Shown here: in pieces, positions 1-12,242 of the stretch | Layout of the letters: every line of letters starts with the position of its first letter | Position numbering within the stretch: the first letter of the stretch is position 1 | Source: Klebsormidium nitens | Lineage: Eukaryota > Plantae > Klebsormidiophyceae | Assembly: GCA_000708835.1 (NCBI GenBank) | Contig: DF236955.1 | Coordinates: forward strand, 372,001-436,000 | DNA: 64,000 bases | Direction: 5' to 3' | The notes under the pieces: generated by a model | What the model was told of the DNA's origin: nothing | Database searches by the model: none | Seen by the model: only the letters and a program-made list of their open reading frames with translations | Program-made: the position numbers and the translations under genes

Positions 1-2369
1 CATGCATCCCCGGCAAAAGTTGTGGCGGCAGCCCGGCCACAGGTGGACGAACTCGGTGCCGGGCTGCTCTGCGAAGCACACCTGGCACTCGTGCACCTGG
101 GGAAGTAGAGGGAAGATGAGTTGGTTCATATTCTGCTGTGAAGGATGAGTCAGGAAAAAGTCGTATCCGGGGGGTCGTAAGAGGAAAGACGTGCAGTTTG
201 GTAAGATGCTCGCGAGGACAACTCAGTACGAAAATAATGAGGAGGGCGTGTTGAGAGAGTCCATACATCTCAAGATATCACATAACCAAAATCGCGGGTG
301 GTGAGGGATCAAGGCGACGACACTGTCTGCCTCAACAAGACTTTCAAAGGGAAGCTGGAAAGTCGTTCAGAACGACAGAGTTAAACGAAGTCATGAGACG
401 AAGGGCATTGAACGGGCCCCAAAAACACCTTTTCCTACAAGAGCAGACCCAACATACTTCTGTAGAAGGCTGATCTCAAGGGGTGGGACAGGCGTGATCA
501 ACGTCAAGGCTGACGTCGAGCCAGTCCACTGCCAAAACCCGTGCACGTATAGAGGACATATTTTCTGGCACCAAGCAAGCTGAAGAAAAGTCGGAGGCAC
601 TAACCCCTTTTCTAAACTCCTCCATGGTCTTCTCCTCGTTGTACCGCAGCAGCCGCGACAGCACGTCCTGCACGCCCCACCCCTCCGCCTGCGCCCGCTC
701 GTCATGCTCCGCGCTCTCCTTCCCCTTCCCTTCCGCATTCAACGTGCCCCCAAGCTCGAAACTTTCCCCCAAATCCAGGGTTTCAAACGTCTCCCTGGTC
801 AACCAGTCCGCCCACGAGTACACCACAACCTGACCCTGGTTTTCTTGCCAAACCTCGTCTAAGCCCCGGCACAACCGGCCCAGCTGCGGTCGCGTGAGCC
901 ACACGCTGGACAATGCAAACCGCGGGGGGGAGTGTGACGGGTACGCCGCCGGAAGAGTGCAGGTCAGCCGCAGGGGGGGGAGGTGCTCCAGCGTTAGCGA
1001 CAGTAACCTGCCCCCCTGCCAGGACTTTGCAACCCAGATCTGCCCCCTGGGGGGCTCTTTTCCATTGGTTTCCTTCTCCTCTGCCGCTGCCTCGCTGACC
1101 TCACCAGCTTGTGCGGTGGCGCTTTCGCCCTCTTCTTCTCTGGCAAAGTCGGAGGTTTCGTCTGTGTTTGAAGCCTCTGGTTGACTAAGACTATCTAGCG
1201 TGCTGCTCGGACCGCTGTCCAAAAGGCGCCCCAAGACTTGGATATGGGCGGCAGGCAGGGCAACATGGACCAAAAGCTCAAACGTTGTCGGGTCTGAGCT
1301 TGTTTGCTGAAAATCAGTGGCAAAGATCGACTCGAGGACCATCACCTGTCAGAGGGAAAAGTTGAAGATGAGGGGACTTGAAACGTTACACTTGAGTCTG
1401 GGCTGCAAGTGGGGGCTTTGAAGTCCATGACATTTGGGAACAACTAGGCCATATAGGTCTGGGGTCACGCTCTTGGATTTTGTTCTTCTCAATGATCGTA
1501 GGCTCTGAACTGGAACAGAAAGATGTGACTGCCAGGAAGGTATCTTCAAGTAGTCTTAGATTGATGCTGAAAGGCCGCGTTCCGCCAGCTGTTAGAGCAG
1601 GCTACTTTAGAGCACAACAACGTTACATAGAAAGTAAGATCCATAAGCCTCTTGGCAGCTCCCTTTGCTCTCACGCCCTCACCTCATCTTGCTGCTCCTC
1701 TTCATTCGCCGCCCTTTCCTCTTCTCCCAACATCGGTTCAACCAATCCGCGAATCTCAAAAACAGAATCCCCAGAGTCCTTCTCATAACTTGTACTGGCA
1801 CCCTGGTTCTTCCCTAGGGCCCCTTCTTTTTCCCCAACATTGCTGGCTGCAAGTTCTTCCACCATCTTAACCACCTCCTCCTGCTGACGATCTACTTCAG
1901 CGGACCCCTCGGCTGTATCCTTATCTGTACTGACCGTCAGGCCCTCATCTCCTATACTCTTTTGGCTATCGACGTTTCTCGTCCTCCAACTCTTACTCGC
2001 GCCCCCTCGGTTGCCTCCGCGCCTGCGGGAGCTGTTGCTTCGTTGATAAGGGTTCCCCTGCTCCGCCAGGTGGCCGTTCGTCTGCTCAACTCCTGGCACA
2101 TGTTGCCCCATCAAAGAAGACACACCTGGCACGAACTCAGGGGCCGATGCCCGCAACCCCGCACTCGGAGGCCCGCTTTTATAATTGCCGAGAAGCCTGC
2201 TAGGAGCTGTGTCTCCAGCCCCACCCTCAGCTTTATTGTGGCTGGATTGCTGTGCTTCCAAATCTCCCGCAGCATAAGGGGGGCGTCTGCGGTTGCTTCG
2301 TGGCCTCTGGCCCCAAGTGTCTGACCGTTTGACAGCTGGCTCAGGGGTAGCTCTGTTCGGTTGTGGCAT
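1..2369 (-). CDS. RNF14: RWD-domain RBR (RING-IBR-RING) E3 ubiquitin ligase, RNF14/ARA54-like; 3' end outside the window
   Basis: Phase-consistent exons 2369-1683, 1345-605, 96-<1 with GT/AG borders. The join gives EEQQDE|VMVLESIF (RWD start), the RWD motif LPAAYPSHSPPRF, VVVYSWADWL, then RING1 HECQVCFAEQPGTEFVHLWPGCRHNFCRGCM. Confidence 0.9.
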
Positions 2370-3045
2370 CGGGTTACTGGCAGATGTGAAATTTGTGAGG
2401 GGTTTTGTAAGGGAGGGGCAGTGGAGTCCTTTGGTTCAGCAGGTGGGCTGCGGTCTTCTTCTGCGCTGAAACTCTTCAAGCAACACTTTACACAGGAGTC
2501 CCTTTGAGGTGGAAAAGCGGCATGCCGGAGCAGAGAGCCACTGCCAAGGAAAGTGCTTCTTAAACCAAAGAAGAGGCACAGAACTCACTCAGCCTCAGGA
2601 GGGAGCGCCCTCTCATGTGCCCTCTCGTCTTTTCAAATTGTGCCTGGACTGTCCACCATGAGGAGGTGGTCACCGGTGACGTACGTCTTCAACAACCCCG
2701 GTTACGCGACTGCCGTTCGGGCCACATGCACAGAGAAGCGGCAGGTTTCCAGTTCGGGCCGGCAGGCGGGTTGCGTAGCCGTTGATGCAACCGTGAGCTA
2801 GCGGGGGAAAATGGAACCCAATTTGGTTAACCTTATACCTATACCAACTGGTGTCATCAATTGGCTTGCAAGCTGACCAGATGCATTGCCATGACTCTGA
2901 GGGGGATAGTTCAAGACACATGCGAATGGCGATGGCCTAAACATTTCGCTGTTCCCTAAACGAGCTAGAGCGCCACTGCTCTGCCTTTGCCATTGGAAGT
3001 TGTCCATCCTGGAGCACGTTTTCCAACGTTTGGCATCGTAGCAAA

Positions 3046-6000
3046 ATGGAGTTCTATGGAGAAGAGGGATCTGCGGCAGAGCTGAAGGGTACAACTCTAG
3101 TGGTTGTAAGTGAGACTTCCATCTGCTGGCGCCGAGCAATGTTGCTTGCATCAATGCATAATCTCTGCTTACTTGTCTTACGAGATCTTTAGAATGGTGG
3201 TGGAGAAAAATTGTTGTTCCTTCAGAACGGTGCTGGTGGCGCAAACGTTGGTGGTGATGCAAAGACTTGCAGCATCGGTGTTTGGTTTCGCATGATCAGA
3301 ATTTTGTTGTCCCTGAAACATATGAGCACGTCCTTCTCTGAGAAGGACATTACAGTGCTTGGCAGCTGCAAACTTAACATCCGCAGTTGCCACTTGTGCA
3401 GCTTCTTTCTATATTCCAGTCCCTCTTGCGCCCTCAGCAGTGTTTTTGCTGTTTGTTGAACAGCCACAGATATCTTCTGATTAAATGTTTTGAAGCAGCC
3501 CCATCTTGGATTGCATCTACTTCCTTACTTATACAACCTGCAATTGCAACCCTGAGATGCATAGCAAGTTGGCTGTAATTGGGGATTGAAAGTTTCTTTA
3601 TGCCTCCTTACACGCAGTGATGTTGAAAGCTGGGGTAAGCTGCCATATCACCCTGATCTTGAGAAGACACCAGTCAAAGAAGAGGGCTTATAGTTTGCTC
3701 GCTTTCATGGGAAATGATATTAGGTTCATATAACCATCCTGCAGCCTGCCATCTCGATCGGCAACGTCGGCCAGCTCGCCATCGATCTCATCATCACAGG
3801 CCTTGATCTGAAGCGGATTGGCTTTCTGGAGGAGCCAAATGTCCTCCCCTGTGCTGGGAATGATGCGGTGGGCCTCACCAGCGAGGGGATCATGAGCACA
3901 AGCCTAGAGGGTAAGCTTTATTGATTGGAAAGTCATACTTTATTGTCTCGCAGGACCCAAGATGCAGCTTGAGCACTTCTTATCGCATTTCCGAGGCAAT
4001 TTTGAGGCTTGTTGTTGATTACCATGTGACAGAAAGCAGATGATGAACAGCCTGATCCAAAGCAACTATCGGCACCCTCCTTGCTTAGATCTTCTGCCAT
4101 CTTCTGCCATCTTCTGCCATCTTCTGCCATGAATGACCAATGGAGAAACCAGTTGGTCACTTGATTGCAAGAAGATTGGCCTTGTTTCAAAGTGTCCCTA
4201 GTCACTGCTGAATCTTTTTGCTTATTTTGTTTTGCTCAAGCGCCGAGGTTTGATTACTCTTCATAGCCTGTCAATCAAGCCTCCTCCGTCCAGTTCACTT
4301 TCGACCCTTTGTAAATGCCGCATGGATATCCTTTACGATTGCAGAGACTGAAAGTTGTTATCCCACTCGGTACAGTGTTCCAAAGCTCGTCCGGCTCCAT
4401 CACTATCGTCCAGCAGCGGGCCCCGTACGCCCCCGGCCGGCTCAAAGCGTACGCTCAGAACCTGTCGGAATGGGTGAAGCGCAGCGGCTTTCAGAAGGTC
4501 GTCGTCCTTTCAGGACTGGATGCAGGGAAGCAGCTCGCCGGCCACTCTCTGCCGCAACAGCGGGTGCGCTACACTGCCGCGACAGCTGCTGTAAGCCAAG
4601 ACGAGAGAGCCACATCAGCGGAAACGGGACCCGGATCTGTAGGTCTTGAGCGGAAGTGCGAGGAGTTAGGGTGGCCCATCCTAGAAGATCTGGCGCCATC
4701 AGAGGGGCCGAATGGACACGGGCAGGAGGAAACTTCATCAAGCAATGGGACTTCGTACGGGTCAATGTTTGGCATCGAAGGGTCGGGGGCTACGGGATTG
4801 GAACGGGGTCAATGGTGGGGCCCGGGAAAGGCGTACCAGAGGACTGCTTTTTGGAAAATGTCGGAAGCTCTCAAGGCAAGTGTTTTGATGGTTTCGTCCT
4901 TGAGCAGCTCGCTTGTTTGTTTGAAGACCCAGAAAGGCTAGAGAGTAAACAGTGCGGTGGCGTTCTGCTGCTTTATGCACCAAGTCCGCTCTGGTTCTGC
5001 AGCAATCGTCCACCTCGTTCCCCTTGGGGCTGCAAACCTCACTGAATCAGTTAAGTGGCGCAATATGCTTGAGACCTGCAATCCGATGATATGTGGCAGT
5101 GTTAAAATGCACGACACCGTTCACTGACTCCGACCTGCCAAATGGGTAACATACACAATGACTTGCGACTTCCCACACGATCCAGGCGAACACCTAGTCC
5201 TCCATGCACTTGGATTTATGTCTTTCAAATGTCCGGTAACTTGACACGATGCTTCAAAGAATGCTTGTAACAGACGCGAGCAAGAATTCGCCTCTTCTCT
5301 ACCTTTTCTCTGTCCGGGTAGAGACGCCTTAGAAAGACGTCAGGACAGGTCCGGCGACATCATTTCTGCCTGGAACCGTTCTGCTGACTCCAGGCGGGAG
5401 TTGGAGCAAGCAAGCCAGCTGAGGCTGCCAAGCACAGGTGGTCGCTGCTCGGATCCCGTTGGAGAGACGGGTGGCCCTTGTGCTGCCGGTTCGATCGCTA
5501 AACGTCCGTGAGGAAGAGAGCTTTCAACATGCATCCTTGCCGTCGCTCACCGCTCAAGTTGCTAACATTCCGAACAGACTGTTTTTTCGTGCAGGAGCAG
5601 GGCGTGAGCGTGCTGTCGCTGCTTCTGCTGTGCTCAGAGGGCGACAACGTCCCGGACGGGCTCGCCCTGGCGACCGCGCTTGACTCGCTTCTAGGACTCC
5701 GTGGCGATCAAAAACCAGGTGACTAGACCTGAAGACGTCAGACGGATTGTTCCTGACGTCTGGAAATCACTTTTAGCCGTTTCGTGCAAGCTTTCGCCTT
5801 CATCAATTAGTCCGAGATGAGCTACTCCAACGTTTACCCGGTGCCTAAAGCCATTTTCCAGATGGGCTGCTTGCTTTTTCCCAGTCTAGTGACTAGGACA
5901 TGAAGTCCGTCCGCGGATCCATTGCCACAGTAATGAGCTGGTGACGTAAACCGACTCACTCCCATTGCAGAGAGCATGGAAAGGAGAAGAGCGATGAAAG

Positions 6001-6156
6001 GTGGTCTTTCGGCGGTGCTTTGACAGCGTTTCTCGGACCATTTCTCCGGTGCTGACATTCGATGACCGTGCAGGCAATGGCCCCAGCGGTTGGGACATCC
6101 CCAGCTCTTGGGCTTCTATATATGGGCCACCACCGGACACGTCGCTCTTTGGCTGA
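3046..6156 (+). CDS. PSMG2: Proteasome assembly chaperone 2 (PAC2)
   Basis: Exons 3046-3105, 3745-3910, 4376-4875, 5595-5718, 6074-6156 total 933 nt in frame. Motifs PAISIGNVGQLAIDL, VVVLSGLDAG, LLCSEGDNVPDG and C-terminal WDIPSSWASIYGPPPDTSLFG. Intron 3 needs a GC donor. Confidence 0.93.
4091..4130 (+). repeat. Intronic tandem repeat (CTTCTGCCAT)x4
   Basis: Four exact 10-bp copies in PAC2 intron 2. Confidence 0.95.
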
Positions 6157-7282
6157 GCTTCCGCTTCGTGCTAGTGAGCAGGAAAAATTCCGTGGATTCA
6201 AATCTGCGATTCTGATGGCGAAGGTCGATGCAGGTGGGGTGAGCATAAGTGAAAAACACGTCGACAAATCTGGAGCTGCGCTCAACAGATTGCTGACACA
6301 GAACATATATCCGACGTGCGTGACACTGTTTGACAATTGCACACGTTCGTTGAGTGACCGAGCCTGGATGCATGTATCAGTACTAGTTCAATCACCACCT
6401 CAGGCGCACATCCTTAGCTTTCACATGACGGCATAGGTCATAGCGTTTATCTCCTGGCATGGCTTCAATACCGTGCAACCATGCCCTTATCGCTGCGCTC
6501 TTGAGTCTAGCGAGCCTGGTGGTCGGAAATTTCCTGGTCAGAGTCCGCGGTTGAACGCCGGCGCAGGCAGCCCAGCCGCCTCCAGATTTTACATGGTGTC
6601 CCTGTTGTATGCAATTGATCCTCGATCATTCAGCGTTACCGTCAGATATTTTAACAATATATGTGCGCGCATACATATGCAGCAGAATTCACTTGATGTC
6701 TATTGCCTTTGGCGAGCATGCTCAGGCCTGCGGCAACCATGCATGTAGCCCACCGTCGAGGCGGCAATTATGTATGTGAACGCATGGCACACATTGTAAC
6801 AGCGGCGCGCAAAGTGCCTAGAAGGGTAGCCACGAGCAGCTTCCTGCCATGGTCTGACCATTCATAGCGGAAAGCTCATGCAGTTGAGCAAGCAGCTAGA
6901 CGAAACGTACTGCTTCGAGTCGCGTTGCCAAAGACGAGGATTGAGATACAACTACGGATGAAGGGCTTCCAACGTGTCAGTAAAAAGTACACGGCCTAGT
7001 CCCAAATGCATTCTCGCTCAGGTGTGTTGAAGATATCCTTTCTCTACGACTACGAGCAGGCCGCTTGCCCTAGCCTACTTTCGCCAGATCATCCTATGTA
7101 CATCCCAAGTACAGCCGACCTCAGGGCCGCCTGAACGAAAAGCTTTGCAAGCACTGTTACACAATGAGTGTTCCCTGTAGATATCTGCAGATCTACATCA
7201 CGGGCCTGCTTGCCCTTCTTTTCTCACTCTCAAGCAACTAGTAGTAGTATCGCCTGACGACCTAAGACCATCACAATTGCCA

Positions 7283-10005
7283 TCAAGATCGATCCGCCTC
7301 AATCTCGCTATCACCATCCATGCCCGTGTCACTCGTGCTACCACCTTCCGCTCCGCTACCACTACCGGTTTCGCTCTCGCTCTCGCTCTCTCCATCCAGG
7401 TCGCCTTCGCTTTCACTGCTGCTTCCGCTTTCGCTCTCGCTGTCGCCGTCCAGGCCGCTTTCACTTTCGCTTCTGCTTCCGCTGTCGCTTTCAGTCTCGC
7501 TTTCCAAATCACTTCCTTCGTCACTCCCCACCTCACCATCCCGCATCGCCCTCTGTCGAGTTTCGGCTTTCTCCTTGGCTTCGAGTCGGAGCTGCGCTTT
7601 CACTTCCTCACTCGGTGCTTGCGCCAGCTTCTGTTCCAGCACCACCTCCTCCAGGCTGATGGCATCAGGATCCTGAGAAACGACAGATTCTTCCGGTCAG
7701 TGGAGGCTGTAAGCGAGTAACGCAACAATCCAGCGGGTCCCAGAAGACGACAGATTCTTCTCGTCAATCGAGGCTGCACGCAAGCAAGGAATCCATGCAG
7801 CAAGTCTCAGTTGACCTAATTTGGAAGTTTCTGCGGTCTTTTGGCGTGGAGGATCCTCAAGGCTTTTTGGCGGGCCTGACCGTGACAATTCAAGCCAACA
7901 ATGAATTTCCAGCTCTAAGACTGCAGAGGGTTTGAAGGACTGAGGCCAGCGTGGTTTAAAAAAGATCTCAGAAAGCCAAAGAAGCGAACGTCCACGGAAG
8001 CAATTGCAATCTAAGGACAGGAAAATCTTATCGGGCTATGCTCACCTTGACAAACTTTTCCACTGACTCCTGATGTGGATAGGCGCCAGGCACGAATCCC
8101 TCCTTCCGCAGGACACGATCGATTTTTCTGCTCCTCTTCCATGCATCGTCCCGCGCCCTAAACGCATCCAGAAGCATGGCCATGAACTCCGACAGACTCG
8201 GCTCCCCTTCCAGGATGTGCTTGTGCACCGACTGGTACAGACTGAACGGCAGGTCCGACTGCAGAACCTTGATGATGCTCCCCGGAACGTGCAGCGCCTT
8301 CTTTTGCCTCTCGTTTGGGTTCTTTCTGAACACCCGATAGCGAGTGGACCCGTCCCTGTGCGCCTCAGTCGGCCACCTCTCATGCAGCTTCGCCAGCCTG
8401 TCTCCGATACTAATCGAGTCACTCAGACCCAGGTCACGCACAAATTGTTGCCCCTCCAGAAAGCTGATCTTCCCTGTCAAGTGCCCCGTGAAATAGAGGG
8501 CGGCCTTGGAGCGTTCCAGCTTCAAGCCCTCCCCAGTGTGCGGCACCGCACTGCCCCCCACCATAGGGTACCCTGCCAGCCCCAGCACAATGTGACCGGC
8601 GAGACACATGAACCCGGTTGCCAGAAGTTGCTCAGCGTCGTCGTCCGAGTCCCAAAAAGGCCCCGCGCAGCAGGCCTCGAACAATTCGTCATAACTCCAG
8701 CTCGCGAGCAAGAAGTCACTCCCCTTCAGGGAGAAGACCACATTATGGCAGTAAGGACACTTTAGGGCCTTCTTTCCCAGTTTGGCGCCACCTCGATTCC
8801 GGCCCTGACAAATGTACGCAGCAGCCCCGCTCACTCTTGCCAACTCAGAGCCCTCAAAGTTTTTGACGATGCCCCTGCCCGCAATCAAGGGAGGGGCTGG
8901 TACAAAGGGGCTGGCGCAGGCAGTGGCCGCAAGCGCATGTGAGCACAGGCGCGCCAGCAACACCTCATCACTACCGAAAACGGCGCGCCAGGCCCACAGA
9001 ATCCTTTGCACCCTGCCCCTGTTTGAACCCCCCTGGTTCTGCTTCCACGTGCCCGAGGCCATCCCTCCAAGAGTAACCTCCACCCTGAAAGCCTTCACAC
9101 CACGAGGAACCTCCGCACAGACTCTCCGACTTTAGCACATCGTGAAAAGTTGGAAAGTGCAAGCCCGGGCAGAACACAGCCAACTTGTATAATCCGCCCC
9201 AGCCGCCAGGGGGTGTTTCTGTCTCGTAACCCAGCTCCTCAACCAGCCCCCCGGCATGCTTGAAGCACAGCTCCTTCCAGGTGACTTCCTTCATCACAGA
9301 GCGCCATTCCCTGTTGCAGATAAGGAGCGCACGTTTAGGGAAGAGCCGATTAGCAAAGGATGAATCGCAGATGGCAACCTACAAATGGAACAATCAAAGA
9401 AGCAGTCTGAACGTATGCTCGCCAGAATCGTCAGATAGCAAGATCATGTCCCACTTCTGCAATTGAAAGGGATTATGCACCAACATTTGGCAGATTAGAG
9501 GAAAGAAGCGAAGCATTTGATTTGAGAAGCATCTTCTTTGTTCCTGTTCAAAAAGACAAACTCTTGCAAATTTTGCATTGCCTTTGGAAAAGTAGTACAT
9601 GCTTTTCTAGATAGAGTAAGACCACGTAATCACTTGACTTGGCCCTCACCTGCACACTGCCTCCAAAGGCGCGAGGTCCTTTGGACTGGGCGCCAGTTTG
9701 ATGAAGATGTTGTGCAGGAGGTCGGGGCCCAATTCCGGCAGCACCGCATGGGGATTTGCAATGCTGCCCACACTCGCAGCGCCGTCCGCGTCAGCTGAGG
9801 CAGGGGTCTCCAATGAGCTCCCGGACTTCATGGAGTGCTGCTGTAAAAACTCAGTGAGAGTGTAGGTACTACCAGTGGGGAGCGGAGCCACTGTGAGGGG
9901 CGAGCGCACGGGATTGGAGCGCACCTTACTAGGAACCGTACTTGGCGTCCAAGGGTTTCCGCTACCCCGGCCGCACCTTCTGGGTGACTGAGCGCTCTGC
10001 GCCAT
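7283..10005 (-). CDS. EID1-like F-box protein with long C-terminal extension and acidic Ser/Glu/Asp tail
   Basis: Exons 10005-9650, 9310-8975, 8874-8046, 7672-7283 total 1911 nt in frame (636 aa). F-box LPELGPDLLHNIFIKL...AVCREWRSV, then PGGWGGLYKLAVFCPG, RRFRGIVKNFEGS, CPYCHNVVFSL and FMCLAGH, all resembling EID1/EDL family motifs. Confidence 0.8.
7345..7520 (-). repeat. Degenerate coding tandem repeat (SESES/DGD units) in the F-box tail
   Basis: Repeated TTCGCTCTCGCT...TCCAGG blocks encode GSRSESESGLDGDSESESGSSSESEGDLDGESESESE. This explains the several overlapping ORFs called here. Confidence 0.8.
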
Positions 10006-12242
10006 GAGTGGTAGAATCAAAGAATCTAAATACTTGAGGCGCTTCGAAAAGTAACGGTTCTGCTGACCTCAATCAGTGGGTGTATGGAAGAGGAGTCCAT
10101 GTTCTCCTTCCCTGCGTTCTGTCTGCACTCGCAAGCCGTCTCCTCAGCTGATCAGACGTTCTGGAGGTTAAGAGGTTAGACCCTCACCAACCCCAGTCGA
10201 GAAAGGTCAAACAGACATCTAACCCCGGCACCAGCTTGGAACCTCCGTCCGCCCCTGCTAGAGGAGAAGGCCGGTGAAGATGTTCTACGTACTGAGAAAT
10301 GGTACCCGGTACCCCCGGTCCTTGACGGTCTGCGTAACGCACCTCTAACTACTTTCTGATAACCTGGTCCAGACCCTGATCCGCGAACTTGAGGGAACCC
10401 CCTGGCCCTGGGGTTCGAGAGTCTCAGACTGGTGGACTGTACAGAATCCTGCAGGAGTTCGACGTTTCATCTCCAGAGCAGCTGGTTTGACGTTCGAATG
10501 CTCTATGAACCTTGAAACTGAGCATTATGAACACGACTGAGGGCGGCTTTGTTGGTAGATCAATTCGTCCAGCTACAGATCATAAGGTCCATCCGTTGAA
10601 ATTTAGCAATCTCAATAGAAGGCAGATCATTGCAGGGACAATCAGATCTGCGCTAATTTTGATGCCAAACGATTCAGCTGACGTCACGTACAAGCCTGGG
10701 CGCCGGCTTGTAAGTTGCACCAGAGTTGTTCCTGATCAGGCGCTGCGCCGCGGGCGGCCTGCACTACCGCATTGCAGCGCCCACGTGGCCGCCTGCATTA
10801 GTGTTGCAGCCTTCAGAATACCTAACCGATGCACGTAATATAACGAATTCACAGAAGATACCACACGATGTAAAACGATATCAGAAGCGGGAGCAGTTAC
10901 CCCGACTGCCCAAGAGCCGCAATTAGTCTCGCCTTTGATGCCTTTCAAATATGCACACTCTTCCTTACACTTCGCTGAAGGGAACCTCCAAACCTCAAAC
11001 GCCGCCCTCCGCTAATATTTGATCTAATAGGTTGCAGTGGCCCGGCTTGGCATTCAACAAGTTGAAAGAAACCAGGATAGGACCAGATGGACATCGCAGA
11101 AGTTACCTTTGTCATGACGGATGGTAAAGAAGGCGACTGATGAATGGGTTACTCACTGCTGATTTGCGCAATTTCCCGGCTCTTTGGAGGATGACGTCTC
11201 CGACGGCCTTTCAATGATGAGGATGTTCTCGTGAATGCTAATTCGTAATCCATCTCGTACAACGACTTTGAGAAAGACGACTTGAAAGTCTCTGAAGACG
11301 ATGATGATGATTTGGAGGGGGACAACCCATGGGCTCTTGAGCAATTAGTTTATGAGCGCATAATGTTACCTATGAGGGTGTGGATTAGTCTGAAGAATCA
11401 AGAGAGTGACATCCCAAGCTCGTGGGCTTCAAATTGAATACGACAGAGGTTTGTGTTTGAAACAGTGGTACATCCGGAGTTATGATGATCGAGGATGTTC
11501 GAAACGTGGTTCAAGGGCAAGGGACTCAAGGATACATGGCATCCACGATAAAGTCCATCGGATCCAGATAAGCGTCCTGGGAGCAGGGAACTTTGTGCTT
11601 TAGTAGCGAAGCTTATCAATAGCACGCTTGAGAGAAAGTTCTGATTCTGACCAGTAAGCGAGTTAATTTCGAAGACTGATCTCACGAAAATTCCCCTCTC
11701 TGCCCACACTGGCCCGGTGTTTATCTGATTGTCAGAGCTTGTCAGATTTTCACGCAACGTTAATTAGGGAGGCACAAGAACAGGCGTGTTTTAACTTCCA
11801 CAACGGCTCACGGAGTCTACTTTATGAGTTGAGCGTCTTTATTGCGTGATGACATTGCCTGTAGGCGCGAGAGGAAGCAATGAGAACACGTGATCAATAA
11901 TCACGCAGCGGCTGCAGCTCCACCTCTCATGATGCGCCGCAAAGCGGTTTCCCTCCCCAGACAACAATGTACCATACTCGAGTCACAACAATCAACTTCC
12001 AACATGCACAGGTGAGACATACAAATGAGGCCGCCGCCCAGATCGCTCTAAGTGGAAACGAACATGAAGACGAGATGTTCATCTCAAACCCGGCTGAGGC
12101 ATTCTCAACCGGCAGGTACGACCTTAAAAGCGTTTTGATTAAGGATGAAAGCGATTCTCGTATGGTCTCAAAGACCGTTTCAATGAGGGAATGAAAAACT
12201 CTTCGAGTGTGCGAGTTATGGATATGCCTGAACTTCTACTAG

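Noticed and set aside
4326-4334. ATATCCTTT U12-type donor-like sequence in PAC2 intron 2
   Set aside because: The gene splices in frame with a GT-AG intron, and there is no upstream exon or AC acceptor to use it.
7198-7720. Several overlapping ORFs on both strands
   Set aside because: Artefact of the low-complexity SESES repeat; only the frame splicing to the F-box gene is supported.
10140-10500. GC-rich stretch with protein-like pieces (LVQTLIRELEG, GGLYRILQE)
   Set aside because: Frames are broken, with no splice-consistent model or recognisable family.
11407-11430. 21/23-nt match (DIPSSWAS) to the last exon of PAC2 at about 6094-6116
   Set aside because: Too short, with no flanking similarity; plausible by chance in a 64-kb self-comparison.
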